A stretch of DNA of 64,000 nucleotides, taken from the NCBI RefSeq assembly GCF_009914755.1, contig NC_060942.1. The stretch is one strand, 5' to 3'. Each line of letters starts with the position of its first letter. The first letter of the stretch is position 1. Shown here piece after piece: positions 50,173 to 63,283 of the stretch. Source of the stretch: the human T2T-CHM13v2.0 reference genome, Homo sapiens. The notes under the pieces are model-generated. The model was not told the DNA's origin. It did no database searches and saw only the letters and a program-made list of their open reading frames with translations. A program made the position numbers and the translations under genes.

Positions 50173-50276
50173 GGGCTCCCGCCTCTGGGAATCCTCGTGT
50201 CCACCACGCTCTGCTCAGCCTTGGGCTCCCGCCTCTGGGAATCCTCATGTCCACCGCACTCTGCTCAGCCTTGGGC
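50173..50276. repeat. Two-copy tandem duplication, 50-bp period
   Basis: gggctcccgcctctgggaatcctc.tgtccacc.c.ctctgctcagcctt at 50173 and 50223. Confidence 0.94.
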
Positions 50277-50278
50277 AG

Positions 50279-50740
50279 GTGCACTCATTTTCTGCTGCCA
50301 CTGTGACAAAGCACCTCATGCGTCAGGACTCAGCACAATACAAATGTGTCCTCCTCCAGCCTGGGGACCAGAAGCCCAAAGTCAGCTTCACTGGCCTGAA
50401 ATCAGGGCTCTGCGCCTTCTGGGGGAGACACTGTCATCCTTGGCTTCTCCAGCTTCCAAAGGCAGCCCACGTTCCGTGGCTGGCAGCCTGGTCTCCTGCC
50501 AGCCTCTGCTTCCATCTCCACATCGTCTGTGACTCTGCCTCTCCTCATTCATTCCCCTCTCACCTACTAGGACCAGTGAAGCACCTTGTCCACCTGCACA
50601 ACATGGGGCTCCCCCAGCTCATGGTTCTCAGCCACACCTGCAACATCCCTGCTATCCCTGCTGCCCTGGGAGTTGATGTAGCCACAGGTCAAAGATTAGA
50701 ATGTGGGCATCCTGGGGACATGATCCTTCCCACCCTAACA
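50279..50740 (-). mobile_element. MLT1 (D/E-like) LTR
   Basis: ccagaagcccaaagtcagcttcactggcctgaaatcagg...ttctccagcttccaaaggcagcccacgttccgtggct...gattagaatgtgggcatcctgggg. Confidence 0.75.
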
Positions 50741-50880
50741 GCAGGACCCAATGCCGCCCAGCGCCCACCCTAACAGCAGGACCCGATGTCATCCAGCGCC
50801 CAACCTAACAGCAAGACCCGATGCCACCCAGCGCCCACCCTAACAGCAAGACCCAATGCTGTCCAGTGCCCACCCTGCAG
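50729..50880. repeat. Minisatellite, 35-bp unit, about 4.3 copies, starting at the MLT1 terminus
   Basis: cccaccctaacagcaggacccaatgccgcccagcg at 50729, 50764, 50799, 50834. Confidence 0.92.
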
Positions 50881-51694
50881 CACAAGAGTCGGGAGCCTTC
50901 CTTCTCCAGCACCTGCCATCTCAGGCCTAACCCTGTGTCCAGGCTCTTCTGTGCACAGCCTTGTCAGGCAGCCTCCAGTCTGCGCCTCTCCCAGAAACAG
51001 TCAACACCGTGATCCTGCTCACAATCCGGGGCCGCTGCAGGATGTCAGAGACTCACTCCCACCGCAGCACTCAGGCCATGGTACACCTTCCAGTTGACCA
51101 GCTTCTTGCAGTCCCTTCCTGGAAACTGCCTCTTACCAGCTTTCCCAAGTCCCTTTCATGGGATCCAGGGAAACCTGCTTGTAAGAAACTTAATGCTCTC
51201 TCAAAAGTCGTGGTTTTCAAAGATATTTCAGTACAAGAACCTCTCCTTTTTCGAGGCCTGTACCCTCCTTGCGGTGCCCCCTGCTGCCCTCCACCCCTGC
51301 TCTGAGGTGGTCCTTAGCACTGTCAATGAGACCCAAGCACTACAGAAGATTGGAAAACACCATTCTAAAGGATCGCGTCTTTGCAAGGAATAGATAATGC
51401 TAGTTTCTCGTGCGCCAATGTGCTTGGGAGTTAGAAATATACCTGCCTGCTAAACAACAGCAACATCTGATCCCAGGTGCCTGTGAGCCAGTTCCATCTG
51501 GAGAAGTCTGAAGGAAGGCTTGGCTGAAATCCTCATTGTTACATCAGCCTTGAACACCACGTGCTCTCCACATGCAGCACTCGACTCCCCGTCTGGTCAC
51601 TAACCACGTGTGAGGGACATACAGGGCACACGTCTGCCGGGGGCCGAGTCCCACACAGCCAGGCCTGAGGCCTCTGCACGAGGACCCCTGAGGT

Positions 51695-51835
51695 CCCAAC
51701 TGTGACCTCTGCACACACTGCTCAGCCTCACCGTGCCTCAGTTTCTTCATCTGTAAAATGTGAATTATTGTGAAAACTAGTGAGATATCCCCACAAACTT
51801 GTTAGCTAAGGTGTGACACATAAATTCAATAAAGA
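51695..51835 (+). mobile_element. MIR
   Basis: ctgtgacct...gtgcctcagtttcttcatctgtaaaatg...tcaataaa. Confidence 0.8.
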
Positions 51836-52688
51836 CTAACTTCTCCATACCAGGGGCCACTCAGCTTGACACTAACACCAAATGCAGAGGCGGAGCCCCT
51901 GCCTCTGATGGACCAGAAGTGGTCAACACCACTGAAGGTCTGGCTGACTACCTTCCAAAGCCAGTCAAAGTCTACGATCAGTGTCATCACACGTGGATGG
52001 AGCTGTTTCTCAACAAAGACAATTTTAAGACATCAACATCATCTGCCCCTTAAAGATACCTTTATGGGAAACTTGCTCTTCGCTCTCAGGAGGAAGTCAT
52101 GAGGTTATCTTGACCACAGCACACTGTGGTTGTCACCATGAAGATGTGAATTAGAAATGATGGATTGTGGCCTGGAATTGATGCTCAAAGAATGCAAAGG
52201 AGTGTTGCAAGTGACAAGCTACCCTGCAAAGCAAACCAAATTAACAGCTTTCTTTTCAATGTAACAAAGCCTTGAGCTAAAAATCCTTTGTTTATAAGAC
52301 CACTCCAGGAAAATAATTTGCTAATAGGAATAGATTCCTCAGGGACCTCACAGCTGTGATTCAAACCTCCACAAAAATAGCTATAGCTATAAATCAGTTA
52401 TTAGCAACATAGGAATGGTCAGAAACCATTATTCCTCACAGTTGGTCTCCATTTTTTCCAGCTGGATTTAAGGAATTTTTAAAGAAGGCTGTTATTTGAG
52501 CTGTAATTGTCAACCTCACCATCTTTAAATAAATAGTCATAGAGAAAGTACAATGGTCAACGACTTAGTATCTCCAAAGTGAGCAGAAAACTTGTCATCA
52601 GAGCTCACCAAGTATTTCAGTGTTCACACAGTGGTGAAGGAGGATGAGGATGTCTAAGCAGGAATCCTAAAGCATTCTTCACTCTCAG

Positions 52689-52691
<3 letters not shown>

Positions 52692-52723
<32 letters not shown>
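52692..52723. repeat. (CT)n microsatellite
   Basis: Direct reading. Confidence 0.95.
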
Positions 52724-52727
<4 letters not shown>

Positions 52728-54819
52728 CCCAACCCACCATTACCACCACTAAGTTATTATTTCTTTTTATTGACTAGGTCATACACACACAAGGTATCAA
52801 ATGGTACCAACGAATCCAAGTAAATAGTTTTCTCCTCACCACCTCAACCTCACTCACCCATGGCCCCCTCCAGAAGTAACCATCATTGCCAATTTATCAA
52901 GAATATGCATAAAAGAAGTGTTTTCTCAAACCAAAATGGTTAGCATACCATACCACCACATGTATTTTTCTTTCTTATTTTGAAAATATTTTCACATGCA
53001 TGTATGTAGAACTTTTTCATATTTTTAACAGCTACACAGGGCATTCCTTAGGACAGCTGCACTATGAATTGCTTGTCTAGTGCTCTCTTCATGGACACTT
53101 GCATTGCCTCAATCATTTGCTCCTAAAAGCAATGACACGATGAATTAACTCTGTGCGCCATTTCTCATGGTTTTAAATATGTGTATGTGATAAATTCCTG
53201 TACATAGACTGGCTGGGTGAAAGACTATGCAAATTTGTGATTTTGTCAGACATTAACAAATTGCTCTCCATAGACAGTGTACCAATTTATACTATTACCA
53301 GCAATGAATAAGCCTGCCTGTCTCCGCCCTCTTAACAAACCATTATGTTAGCAAATTTTTGGTCTTTGCATATCTAATAGAAGAAAAAAAAATCTCAGTA
53401 TAATTTTAATGCATTTCTCCATTTATGAGTGAGGTTAAGTATCTGTTAACATGTTTAAGATTCATTTGTATTTCCCTTTCTATAAAGTGTTCGGAATATT
53501 TTTCTATTGAGTTGCTAAAAATTTCTAATTTATTGGTGGATCTTCACATATTAAGAAAGTTAGCCCTATGTCTAGAATATAGATGGCAAATATTCTCCCC
53601 AACTTGTCATTCCTCTTTTAATTCTGTTGTGCATAATTTTCATTATTAAGAATTGTTTGATTTTAATGTAGTTGAATCACTTAATCTTTTATTTTCTATC
53701 TTCTAGGTTTGGTTTTGTACTTAGAAAGACCTACTGTAGCCCAAGATTTAGCAGGAAAAATACAAATTTTATCCTGAGTATTTTTACAGTTTTATATTAT
53801 ATCATTTAAATCCTTGGTCCATTTGATATTTATTTTGGTGGAGGGTAGGAGGTGGGATCTTGTTTTTTAAATTTATTTTTAAAAGAGTTCTGTTCAGTAT
53901 CACAACATCACTTATGGAGTGGTCCATCTTTTTCTAACTTGAAATCACATATTTATCATCTAACAGTATGTATTTGAGACTATTTCTGGACTCTGTCTTC
54001 TATGCCATTGGTAGTCCTATCTACCCACATAACCGTATCACACAAGTGCCATGTGACATTATCATCTAGAATCTGGTAATGCTAGATTGCACTTATTTTC
54101 CCATATTTTCTAGTTATTTTTGCTAATTTTTCAATATAACTTCAGAATCTCCTAAAATATTCTGTGGGGGTTGTAACTGAGATTGCACTGAATTTAGGTT
54201 TGTTTAGGGAAAAGGGATTCATTTATGATAATGAATCTTCCCAACTAGGTATTATTTCCCACTTTTTCAATTCTTCTTTTATATCCCATAGTAGGTTTAA
54301 ATTTTTAAACAGATAGGCCTTTAGTATTTTATCTCCTGGCATTGTTATTTTTAACTGTTGAAGTTACGAATGAGGTCTTTAGTCATTCTAAGTGGATATT
54401 CAAATATATCCCATTAGAATAATTAAATATCTATATGAATGGTATTAATTTCTATGTATTTTATATCCAGCCAGCTCACAAAATTCTCATGTTTGCAATA
54501 GCTTTCCAATTATTTCTCTTGGATTAATTAAATGGTTATATTTATGAAAATAGTGATCATTTTAACTCTTTCCAATCCCCAGGGCCCATTTCCCTCCCTT
54601 CTCTAGCTGGATTAGCTGGTGCTTCCAACAGAGCATTGAACATGATGACGACAGGCCCCCGGTTAGTATTTTCCTGCCTTTAGCGGAAATGCTTCCATGT
54701 TTCCCGCTTCACATGATGCCGGCTTTGAGTTGAAACATCTATGCCCAGTACTAGACACAGCTGATCCTGTAATGCAAGTGAAACAGAATCATCAAAGAGT
54801 TTCTAAATCATGTATAAAT

Positions 54820-55120
54820 ATTATTATTATTACTGTTTAGATGGAGTCTCGCTCTGTCGTCCAGACTGGAGCGCAGTGGCATAATCTCGGCTCACTGCAA
54901 CCTCTGCCTCCCAGGTTCAAGCAGTTCTCCTGCCTCAGCCCCCATGAGTAGCTGGAACTACAGGCGCCCGCCATCACGACCAGCTAATTTTTGTATTTTT
55001 AGTAGAGATGGGGTTTCCCCATGTTAGCCAGGCTGGTCTTGAACTCCTGACCTCAGGTGGTCCGCCTGCCTCAGCCTCCCAAAGTGTTGAGATTACAGGC
55101 GTGAGTCACCGTGCCTGGCC
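54820..55120 (-). mobile_element. Full-length AluSx-like element
   Basis: (tta)n tail, agatggagtctcgctctgtc...ctcctgacctcaggtg...gtgagtcaccgtgcctggcc. Confidence 0.94.
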
Positions 55121-56729
55121 TAGATATTGATATTAACAAGTGCTGTTTCAAGATCTATGGAGATTTTTATGAATATAGTGAATGATGTAAACAAATATCT
55201 TAATATGAAACTCCGAATATTGAATTTTGGATTTCTGAAATAAATCCCACTTTTAAGTGATATTGCTCTTTGAATATGTTACCAGATTCTGTTTTCTAAT
55301 ATTTTGCTTCAGGTATTTATTGCTTTTTTATGAGATTTGGTCTGTAGTTTTCCTTTTTCTGCTATTTCTGCAGTTTTGCTGTCAATGTTTGATCCATCGA
55401 AAGAATTCTGAAGTTATTCTTGCCACAGGATGATGCAATGGAAACATCAGTGCCCATTAAAGGGTTAATGGAATTCACTGTGAAAGCGAGCCTGGTGGAC
55501 GTGTTCTGTTTCTCTATTTTGCTCTTTGATTGGCCCGTTTATATGTCCTGTATCTTCTGGAGTCGGCGTTGGTAATTCATATTTTCCAGAAAACTCAACT
55601 GTTTCACTCAGGCTATCAATTGTATTTGCAGAGTTGAGCAGGAATCTCTTCCGAGCCTTCGAATGTTTTCTCTTTGGTTTATTCACATGCCCTTCTCCTT
55701 TTGGGCAGGAGTTGGTGGGGGTAGGGGGAAGATATTATAATGGGCCATTATTCCCCTTTTTAAATTTTCCCCCAAAAGAGTTACCTTTGAATGTACTTGT
55801 TTTACTTATTTTCTGTTAAAATTCCTTGATTTCTATTGTTGTCTTTAATTCTTTCCTTTTGCTTTCCTAAGGTGATTTTTTTTTACTTTTTGTTAAGTTT
55901 TTTAACTCTTTTCGTTGACTATTTAGTGTATTTTGTTCATTCTTATTAGTATAATTATTTAAAGTTATGAATTTTCCTCTGAGAACTGTTGCAGCTATAT
56001 CTCATTAGTTGTAACACACAATTTCTTAAATTATTATTTTATTTCTGAGAGATTTTGAGATTTTCGGTTTTTTTCCCTTTTTTACTCAAGTGGTTTTATT
56101 TTAACATTATCAGGTAGTGAGGGTTCTGTTTGTTTTATGATTTTGTGATGAATAACTGTTTTATGATTCTGTGGTCCATTTGTAGCTTCATTGCATCATG
56201 ATCAGAGAATGCATTCTGAGCTATACTTTTTAATGAGTTTTTTTGTCTGCAGTCAATTTTTGCTTGTGACAGTTTAGTTGTCACCTATATAAAAAAGCTG
56301 CATTTCCTGTTTGTAGGTCAAAGCATCACATGGATCTCAGTGGTATTTATCTTGATGCGCCCTATTTAAATTATCCATGTCTATACTTCATTCCACGATC
56401 TTGATTTGTCCCGAGATTGAGAAACTAGAAATCATGTCTCCTGTTACTCATGAGTTTCTATGAATTTCTCCTTGTATTTCCCATGGTTTTCATTTTCTGA
56501 ATGTTAGTGGCTACTGTATGATGCGTAGATACTCATAAACTATGAGATCTTTTCATTACAATTTTTTTATTATAAAATAACTTTCTCTGTCTCCTTTCAT
56601 ACATTTTGTCTGAAGTCAGCCTTGTCTGAAAATGAAATGAAAATATTACTCCTTGTGTTCTCTTTGTATCTGTTTGCTTGAAGACCTTTGCCTGTCTTCT
56701 TCTTTTATTATTATTTGTAATGAAAAAAA

Positions 56730-56847
56730 AATTTGAGAGAGTCTCACAATGTTACCCAGGCTGGTCTCAAACTCCTGGGCTCAAGTGATCCTCCTGCCTC
56801 CGTCTCCCAAGTTGCTGGGGTTGCAGTGTGCACCACTGTACCTGGAT
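56730..56847 (-). mobile_element. Alu monomer (FLAM-like)
   Basis: gtctcacaatgttacccaggctggtctcaaactcctgggctcaagtgatcctcctgcctc. Confidence 0.85.
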
Positions 56848-57825
56848 ACTGTCTTTTAATTTCAATTTTTCTGAGTCACCCTGTTCCAGGTGTATATTCC
56901 ACATAACTGGGTTTTGCTTTGTGATTTTCCTTTAAAAAAAAGCTTTTTGTTCTTTTAATAGTTATTTAGCCCATTTACAAATATAGTTGCAAAAGGTGTG
57001 CATGGTCTTATTACCATCATCATTTGTGACATGCTGTTTTCATCGCATTTTTTCTTTTACTATATATTCAGTTTACATTTTCTGTGTTTATGTATCATCA
57101 CCCAGTTCTAGGTGAGGACACTGTTTTTCTCATTTAGCTTGTTACCTTGAAATAGAGCCTCCATGTACATGTGTGCATGTTGGACACTGTGCAACTTGAG
57201 GGAAGCTGAGCCCATGCCACTGACCCCAGCATATTGAAATCTGCTTCTGTTGCTTGTTTGCTTTCATACTCCAGGCTATACCACTTGTGGAATCCAAGTA
57301 TTAACTTTCCTCTTCTCTTTCCCCTTCCACTCTCAAGTGTTGCTAGATAATTTCTGCAATTTCAGAGTCTGTAACATTTACAGGCACCAGCATTCCCACT
57401 TTCCTCTTCATCCTCCAGTCAAGTGAACCCACTGCCGATCTTTTGCCATCGTTTCTTCGTTGATTTCTTTAGGCTAGAATTCATCACAGCTGTCATTAAA
57501 ATGGTTCATGAGAACTATATTAACTGAGGTCTTGCAAATTCAAAATATTGGTCTATTGCCTTTATATTTATTAGTTTGCCTGGGCACAAAATTATTAGCC
57601 CACACTTGTTTTCCTTGAGGACCTTGTAGTCGCTGCTCAATGGGTTTCTAGTGTAGACTTTTGCTTTGGAGAGGCCTGAAACTTGTCAGACATTTTTTTC
57701 TGAGGTATTTTGAGAGATCTTGGTTGCATTGTTATTATTATTTTTTGGCCTGGAGACCCAACCATTATTTCTTTGTCTTTGAAGTCCAATAACATTATTA
57801 AAGTGCCTTTCTGTGTTTTGATTGT

Positions 57826-58188
57826 TGCTGTGGTTTGAACATGTTCCCCAGAAGTTCATGTGTTGGGAGCTTGGTTGCTCTCATGGTAGTAGTACTGAGA
57901 GAGGCCTTTTGGAAGCATGTGGGTCATAATGGCTCTGCCCTCCTGAACGGATTAATGCTATTGTCACGGAACTGGGCTCCTGATAACAGATCAGTTCAGC
58001 CCCCATTTTCTCTGTCTCATGCATTCTCTCCAAGCGATGCCTTCAGCCATGGGAAAACCCTCACCAGAGGCTGCACTGTGCTCTTGAACTTCTCAGCCTC
58101 TAGGATCATGAGCCTAATAAACTTTTATTATTTATAAATTAACCAGTCTGTAGCATTCTGTCATAGCAGCAGAAAATGGACTAAGACA
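57826..58188 (+). mobile_element. MST (B/C/D-like) solo LTR
   Basis: tgctgtggtttgaacatgttcccc...aataaac...ttataaattaaccagtctgtagcattctgtcatagcagcagaaaatggactaagaca; 5-bp TSD attgt/atggt. Confidence 0.88.
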
Positions 58189-58876
58189 ATGGTTATGCCA
58201 TTTTATACTGGGATAATCTGAAGTCTTGAGGGTTCATTTTATTCTTGGAAAGAGTTTTGGAATTCTATTTTAAAGTATATTTTATTATCTTTTTCTTCGA
58301 AAATGCATCTGTGCATATTTTATACCTATTTCCCATCTTCCATATCAACAATTTCTGACTATTCCTTTTTAATTCCATACCCACTTTCATTTCATGTTGG
58401 TCACTCTTCTTAGTCCCGTTTTCCATGTCCCCCCACACTTCAAGAAGTCTCAGTCTTATTTATGCTCCTTCTGGGGTGGCCTCGACTCTTGTGGTGACTT
58501 CACTTCCCCCATCTCTTTCCTGAACTCTAACTGTTATATCATTTTCTTTCCCTGGTCATAGAGGCTGTTAGACCTACCATCTCTTCTTCAGCCTCTTGTT
58601 TTGTGAAAATGATTGCTTCAGAACATTGAGTGTCTGTGTGTTTTGAGCCATGAAAATACATAAGGTCACAATTTTCATCAGCTCTATGACAGCATTTTTT
58701 GATGAACATTCTTTCATCATTTGCCATTTTAAAAATTCTTTCTTTCTTTTTCTTACATTCTGCTTTTTAGAGTATAAGACTACCTCCTTTTTTCTAAACC
58801 AAATATTTGCAGAAAATGTATGTCCATGAAAGACCAGGGCTGTGTTGCAGACTAACAGAAATTCTTATGGATAGGG

Positions 58877-58878
<2 letters not shown>

Positions 58879-58921
<43 letters not shown>
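58879..58921. repeat. (TG)n microsatellite ending in (CG)
   Basis: Direct reading, about 19 TG units. Confidence 0.96.
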
Positions 58922-58926
<5 letters not shown>

Positions 58927-59457
58927 ATGTAAGACAGAGAGTGTGTGTATTCTTTTAGTTCTTACTTCTCAGAGTTCAGCCACTGCAGGGCTGCTGGTAA
59001 TCTGTAGCAACTTTCCTGCTCTGGTGCATCAGTAGACACTTTCTGCCAGCATGGCTTATTCATGAGAACTCCCCTCCCACCTCCCATGCCTTTTCAAGCC
59101 CAGCACCAGCTCCTACACTTGCTTCTCCTTGCTTCTCACCTTCTTGCAAGGTAACTGAGCTCTGCTGGGCTTGTCCGGGGTCTTTGACTGTGTATGTCTC
59201 CTCGTGATATATGTGGAGCCGTATTTTTATCTTCACAGCATTGGCAGTCCTTCCTCATATATTATTACGTAGGGTTATAGGTGTCTCCTGATCTCACAGA
59301 AGATGACATTTGTATTTCTGCCTCTCCATATTCTAGGCATTTTGTGTATTTTCTGAGAGGAATAAGCTGTCCTTACACCATCCTCATAGAATCCAGGAGT
59401 CTTAGACATGTCTCTTTATGTCTAAGAATTATAGCCAATCCCCTCGAATTCCTCATG

Positions 59458-59586
59458 GGACCTGGACTCAGCCTTACCTGGAACCATTCAGATCAGGCAT
59501 GAGCCAGGTGAAAGAGCTCCTCACAGGACCTGGACGAAGCCTCACCCGGAACCGTGTAGATCAGGCATGAGCCAGGTGAAAGAGCT
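59458..59586. repeat. Two-copy tandem duplication, 68-bp period
   Basis: gatcaggcatgagccaggtgaaagagct at 59491 and 59559. Confidence 0.92.
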
Positions 59587-61407
59587 TTTTCCAGATGCTT
59601 TTCTTCCTGCTTTTATTTCTCACTCATTTATTCCTGCTGAAGATAATTTAGAGGAAAAAGAAAGCGTGAAAACTTGGAGTGGGAGAGAAACTAGAGGTCA
59701 GGAGAAAAAGCTTCAGCAAAACACCTTGAAAAAGATACAGAAATTATAGTTTTGTCAGGAAGAAAACAGGTGAGATGTGAAGGAGGGAACTGATGGGGCC
59801 CCTGGGCAAAACTCAGGCTGCGCAACCCACGGGGGGCAGAAGAGTCCAAGAAGCAGCTTGCGACATGTGAGGTTTGCTCATTATCCACCCTGACCTAAGG
59901 ATGTTAACAAGGTTTACTCATGTTTTAATTAAATACCTGAACTCCCTCCATTTCCCAACACAGTGAGGTCAGGAGGAGATAGCATGTACCGTACAAGTCA
60001 ACCTTTAGACAACTGACCTCAAAAGGAGTGGACTCCTATGACGCTGGGGCCACGTGGCCTTTGTCACGCACTCTCCGTCGCTCTGACGGCCCTCCCATCA
60101 CGGTGCAGTCTTCAGAGCATCCTCCCTCCAAACATCGACGTCAGCTCTGCAGCCATCCCCGGCTTTATGGAGCAAGGAAGTCTAAGTCAGACCACTCGCG
60201 CCTGCTGAATTCTAGATCCTGGTTGTTTATACCCAGTAGAAGGTCCACAAACCACAGACTCTGAAGATGGTGTCTTGGTCATCCTGAGCTTCGTCTAGGG
60301 CAGGATTGAGGGAGCAACGCTGGCCGCGTTGAGCGCCTGCTTGCTCCAGGGGGTTTTGGGGATGTGGCTGTTGCTTTCACTGCTCCTTGACACCATGGTG
60401 CACAAGCAGAAGACACCTAATTGGTTTATTTAAAGCCGTGGTCAGAATAGTCTGCCGTCCATTCTGCTTCCGCACATGAGACACAGACTGTGCTAACTAT
60501 TTTAGACAAGAGATTAAGATCTGGGCTCCAGAGGGCTGAGATTTCATCAGGTCACATATAGTCTGGCTTGAAATCAAATTGAAAAATCAATTTAAACTGA
60601 ACAGAAAAGCATGTCCATAATGCTGGGGGAAAAACACAGAAACAAATTACTCTTTCTCTTTGTAAGCCATCTTGGACTGGCGAGCCTTGCTCCCCCATGG
60701 AGTTCTCGCCACCATCTTGGCAACTTGGTTGTGAAGTTTGGCAGTCACAGATTTTCTTTTTATTTTTTTTGCTGTTATTAATCTTTCATGTGTGGCATTA
60801 GTGCACAATATGTCTGACACCCTAACTGTGTTCTACAATTAGCCTCTGAGTGCCCATGCTAATAACACTGACATTAGCCATGTTCCTCTGAGTATTACAC
60901 TGCAGTCACCTCCTGACTCGATATAGTGTTTATAATAAAAGACCTGGACCCAATAAATGCAGGGCTATGGTAGCCTAAGGTAAGAATGCAAAGATGTATT
61001 TCTTATTCCCAACATCCAACTGCCTTTGGGACTCAGTTAAACAATATTTTACTATTTTGACTACTATCAAATAGAATATTGTATTTTTCTCCTCTGTGAG
61101 AAATTTGCAAAACCTAGTTGAGTCTTTGATAGACAGGATATAAGCCTCATAAATATCACCTGAAATTGATTATACTATGAATCCACTGGGAGGAACAAGA
61201 GAATAATTGTTAATGCATTATTAGCTACTGGCAAAATACTATCTTTTACATTTTACTGCACAGATGACATGTCCTAGTGCATATAGTTACATTGTATTGG
61301 TTTCTGACAGCTTGGTAGCTATTTTCAAAGGCTTTCAGCTGGTGTTACCCCAGACTGCAAAGCAAAATGAGTAAGATAAGTGAAGGTTATGTGATGATGC
61401 TCCCTTG

Positions 61408-61838
61408 ACCAGCAAACAGGAGCACCGTGCCACATCTCTCTACCAACCATCCACTGGTCAGCAAACACGGGCACAAGGCCATATCTCTCTACCAACCATC
61501 CACTGGTCAGCAAACGTGGGCACAATGCCATATCTCTCTACCAACCATCCACTGGTCAGCAAATGCAGGCACCACGCCACACCTCTCTACCAACCGTCCA
61601 CTGGTCAGCAAATGCAGGTACCGTGCCACACCTCTCTACCAACCGTCCACTGGTCAGCAAACGCGGGTACCGCGCCACACCTCTCTACCAACCGTCCACT
61701 TGTCAGCAAACGCGGGTACCACACCACACCTCTCTACCAACCGTCCACTGGTCAGCAAACGTGGGCACTGTGCCACGCCTCTCTACCAACCATCCACTGG
61801 TCAGCAAACGTGGGCACCGTGCCACAACTCTCTACCAA
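61408..61838. repeat. Minisatellite, 49-bp unit, about 9 copies
   Basis: ctctctaccaaccgtccactggtcagcaaacgcgggcaccgtgccacac; tacc at 61441, 61490... Confidence 0.97.
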
Positions 61839-62177
61839 TCGGGACAGACCCATGAGCCACTGCGTCCTCGGGGGCCCCTACCCCTTGCCCTCCTCCATCG
61901 GCAGCACTCAACCCTGGCCCGCCCACCCTCAGCAGAATGGACCCAAGCAGCTCTCGCTCCATGTGCTGGCCTCCGTGAGGCCGGTTCCGTGTATAGAGTT
62001 GAGTGGCCACTGTGTTTGCTGTTTCCTGTCCTAGGTGAGCCACCTCCAGCACCCAGACCAGGCCTCACTGCTCAGACCAAAGCTTTGCCGTTGAAAAGGA
62101 TCCCCAAGCCCAGTCATGTGTGAGGCCCTGCCACAGCTGACCATTTCCCTCCAGCACCTCTCTAGCTCCACGATGGG

Positions 62178-62871
62178 GAGCTTGCCCTTCACCCTGAGCC
62201 CGGGAGGCCTCCTGCTGAGCTGCCCTTCACCCCGAGCCCGGGAGGCCTCCTGCTGAGCTGCCCTTCACCCCGAGCCCGGGAGGCCTCCTGCTGAGCTGCC
62301 CTTCACCCCGAGCCCGGGAGGCCTCCTGCTGAGCTGCCCTTCACCCCGAGCCCGGGAGGCCTCCTGCTGAGCTGCCCTTCACCCCGAGCCCGGGAGGCCT
62401 CCTGCTGAGCTGCCCTTCACCCCGAGCCCGGGAGGCCTCCTGCTGAGCTGCCCTTCACCCCGAGCCCGGGAGGCCTCCTGCTGAGCTGACCCTCACCCCG
62501 AGCCCGGGAGGCCTCCTGCTGAGCTGCCCTTCACCCCGAGCCCGGGAGGCCTCCTGCTGAGCTGCCCTTCACCCCGAGCCCGGGAGGCCTCCTGCTGAGC
62601 TGCCCTTCACCCCGAGCCCGGGAGGCCTCCTGCTGAGCTGACCTTCACCCCGAGCCCGGGAGGCCTCCTGCTGAGCTGCCCTTCACCCCGAGCCCGGGAG
62701 GCCTCCTGCTGAGCTGCCCTTCACCCCGAGCCCGGGAGGCCTCCTGCTGAGCTGACCCTCACCCCGAGCCCGGGAGGCCTCTTGCTGAGCTGACCCTCAC
62801 CCCGAGCCCGGGAGGCCTCCTGCTGAGCTGACCTTCACCCCGAGCCCGGGAGGCCTCCTGCTGAGCTGACC
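62178..62871. repeat. Near-perfect minisatellite, 38-bp unit, 18 copies
   Basis: gagctgcccttcaccccgagcccgggaggcctcctgct; gagc at 62217 to 62863 is exactly 17 x 38. Confidence 0.98.
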
Positions 62872-63283
62872 TCGCTTTTCTGCCAGGGTGGACTTCGAGG
62901 CCTCTCCCATTGCAACGCCCTCACCCACAGCCCTGTAAGCGGCTGTTTTCGGGGCCTGATCTGGTATGAATCCACAGTTCAAATCCTCAGCGGGCCAACT
63001 TTCACCTATGAAGACCCTCTAGACACACTGCAAAGGTTAGTCTGAATTTTCAAACAAGGAAATGGGTGTGAAGAGGACTGTGACCAACCACTGCGCCTCC
63101 ACGCTGGTCAATAAAGGCAAACCTTCTTCTGAGATGTGGCTCTCCAGACACGCACCAGCCCTGTCCTGCCCCAGGTCACATGGGGTGAGAAGCCAGGCCA
63201 GTGGGCCAGTCCCAGGCCCTTGGGTGTGCCCGACACCAAAGCCAAGGTGCTGCGGCCTCTGCTTCATGATGGGCCTGGGTCGC

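Larger units (their letters stand above)
52760..59400 (-). mobile_element. Long, highly diverged L1 (L1ME/L1M5-like), fragmented by younger insertions
   Basis: Continuous T-rich + strand with antisense L1 motifs in order (gtaaccatcattgccaattt, gtaccaatttatacta..ccagcaatg, gattgcactgaatttag, gaattttcctctgagaactg, tatttagcccatttaca). Right boundary approximate. Confidence 0.78.
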
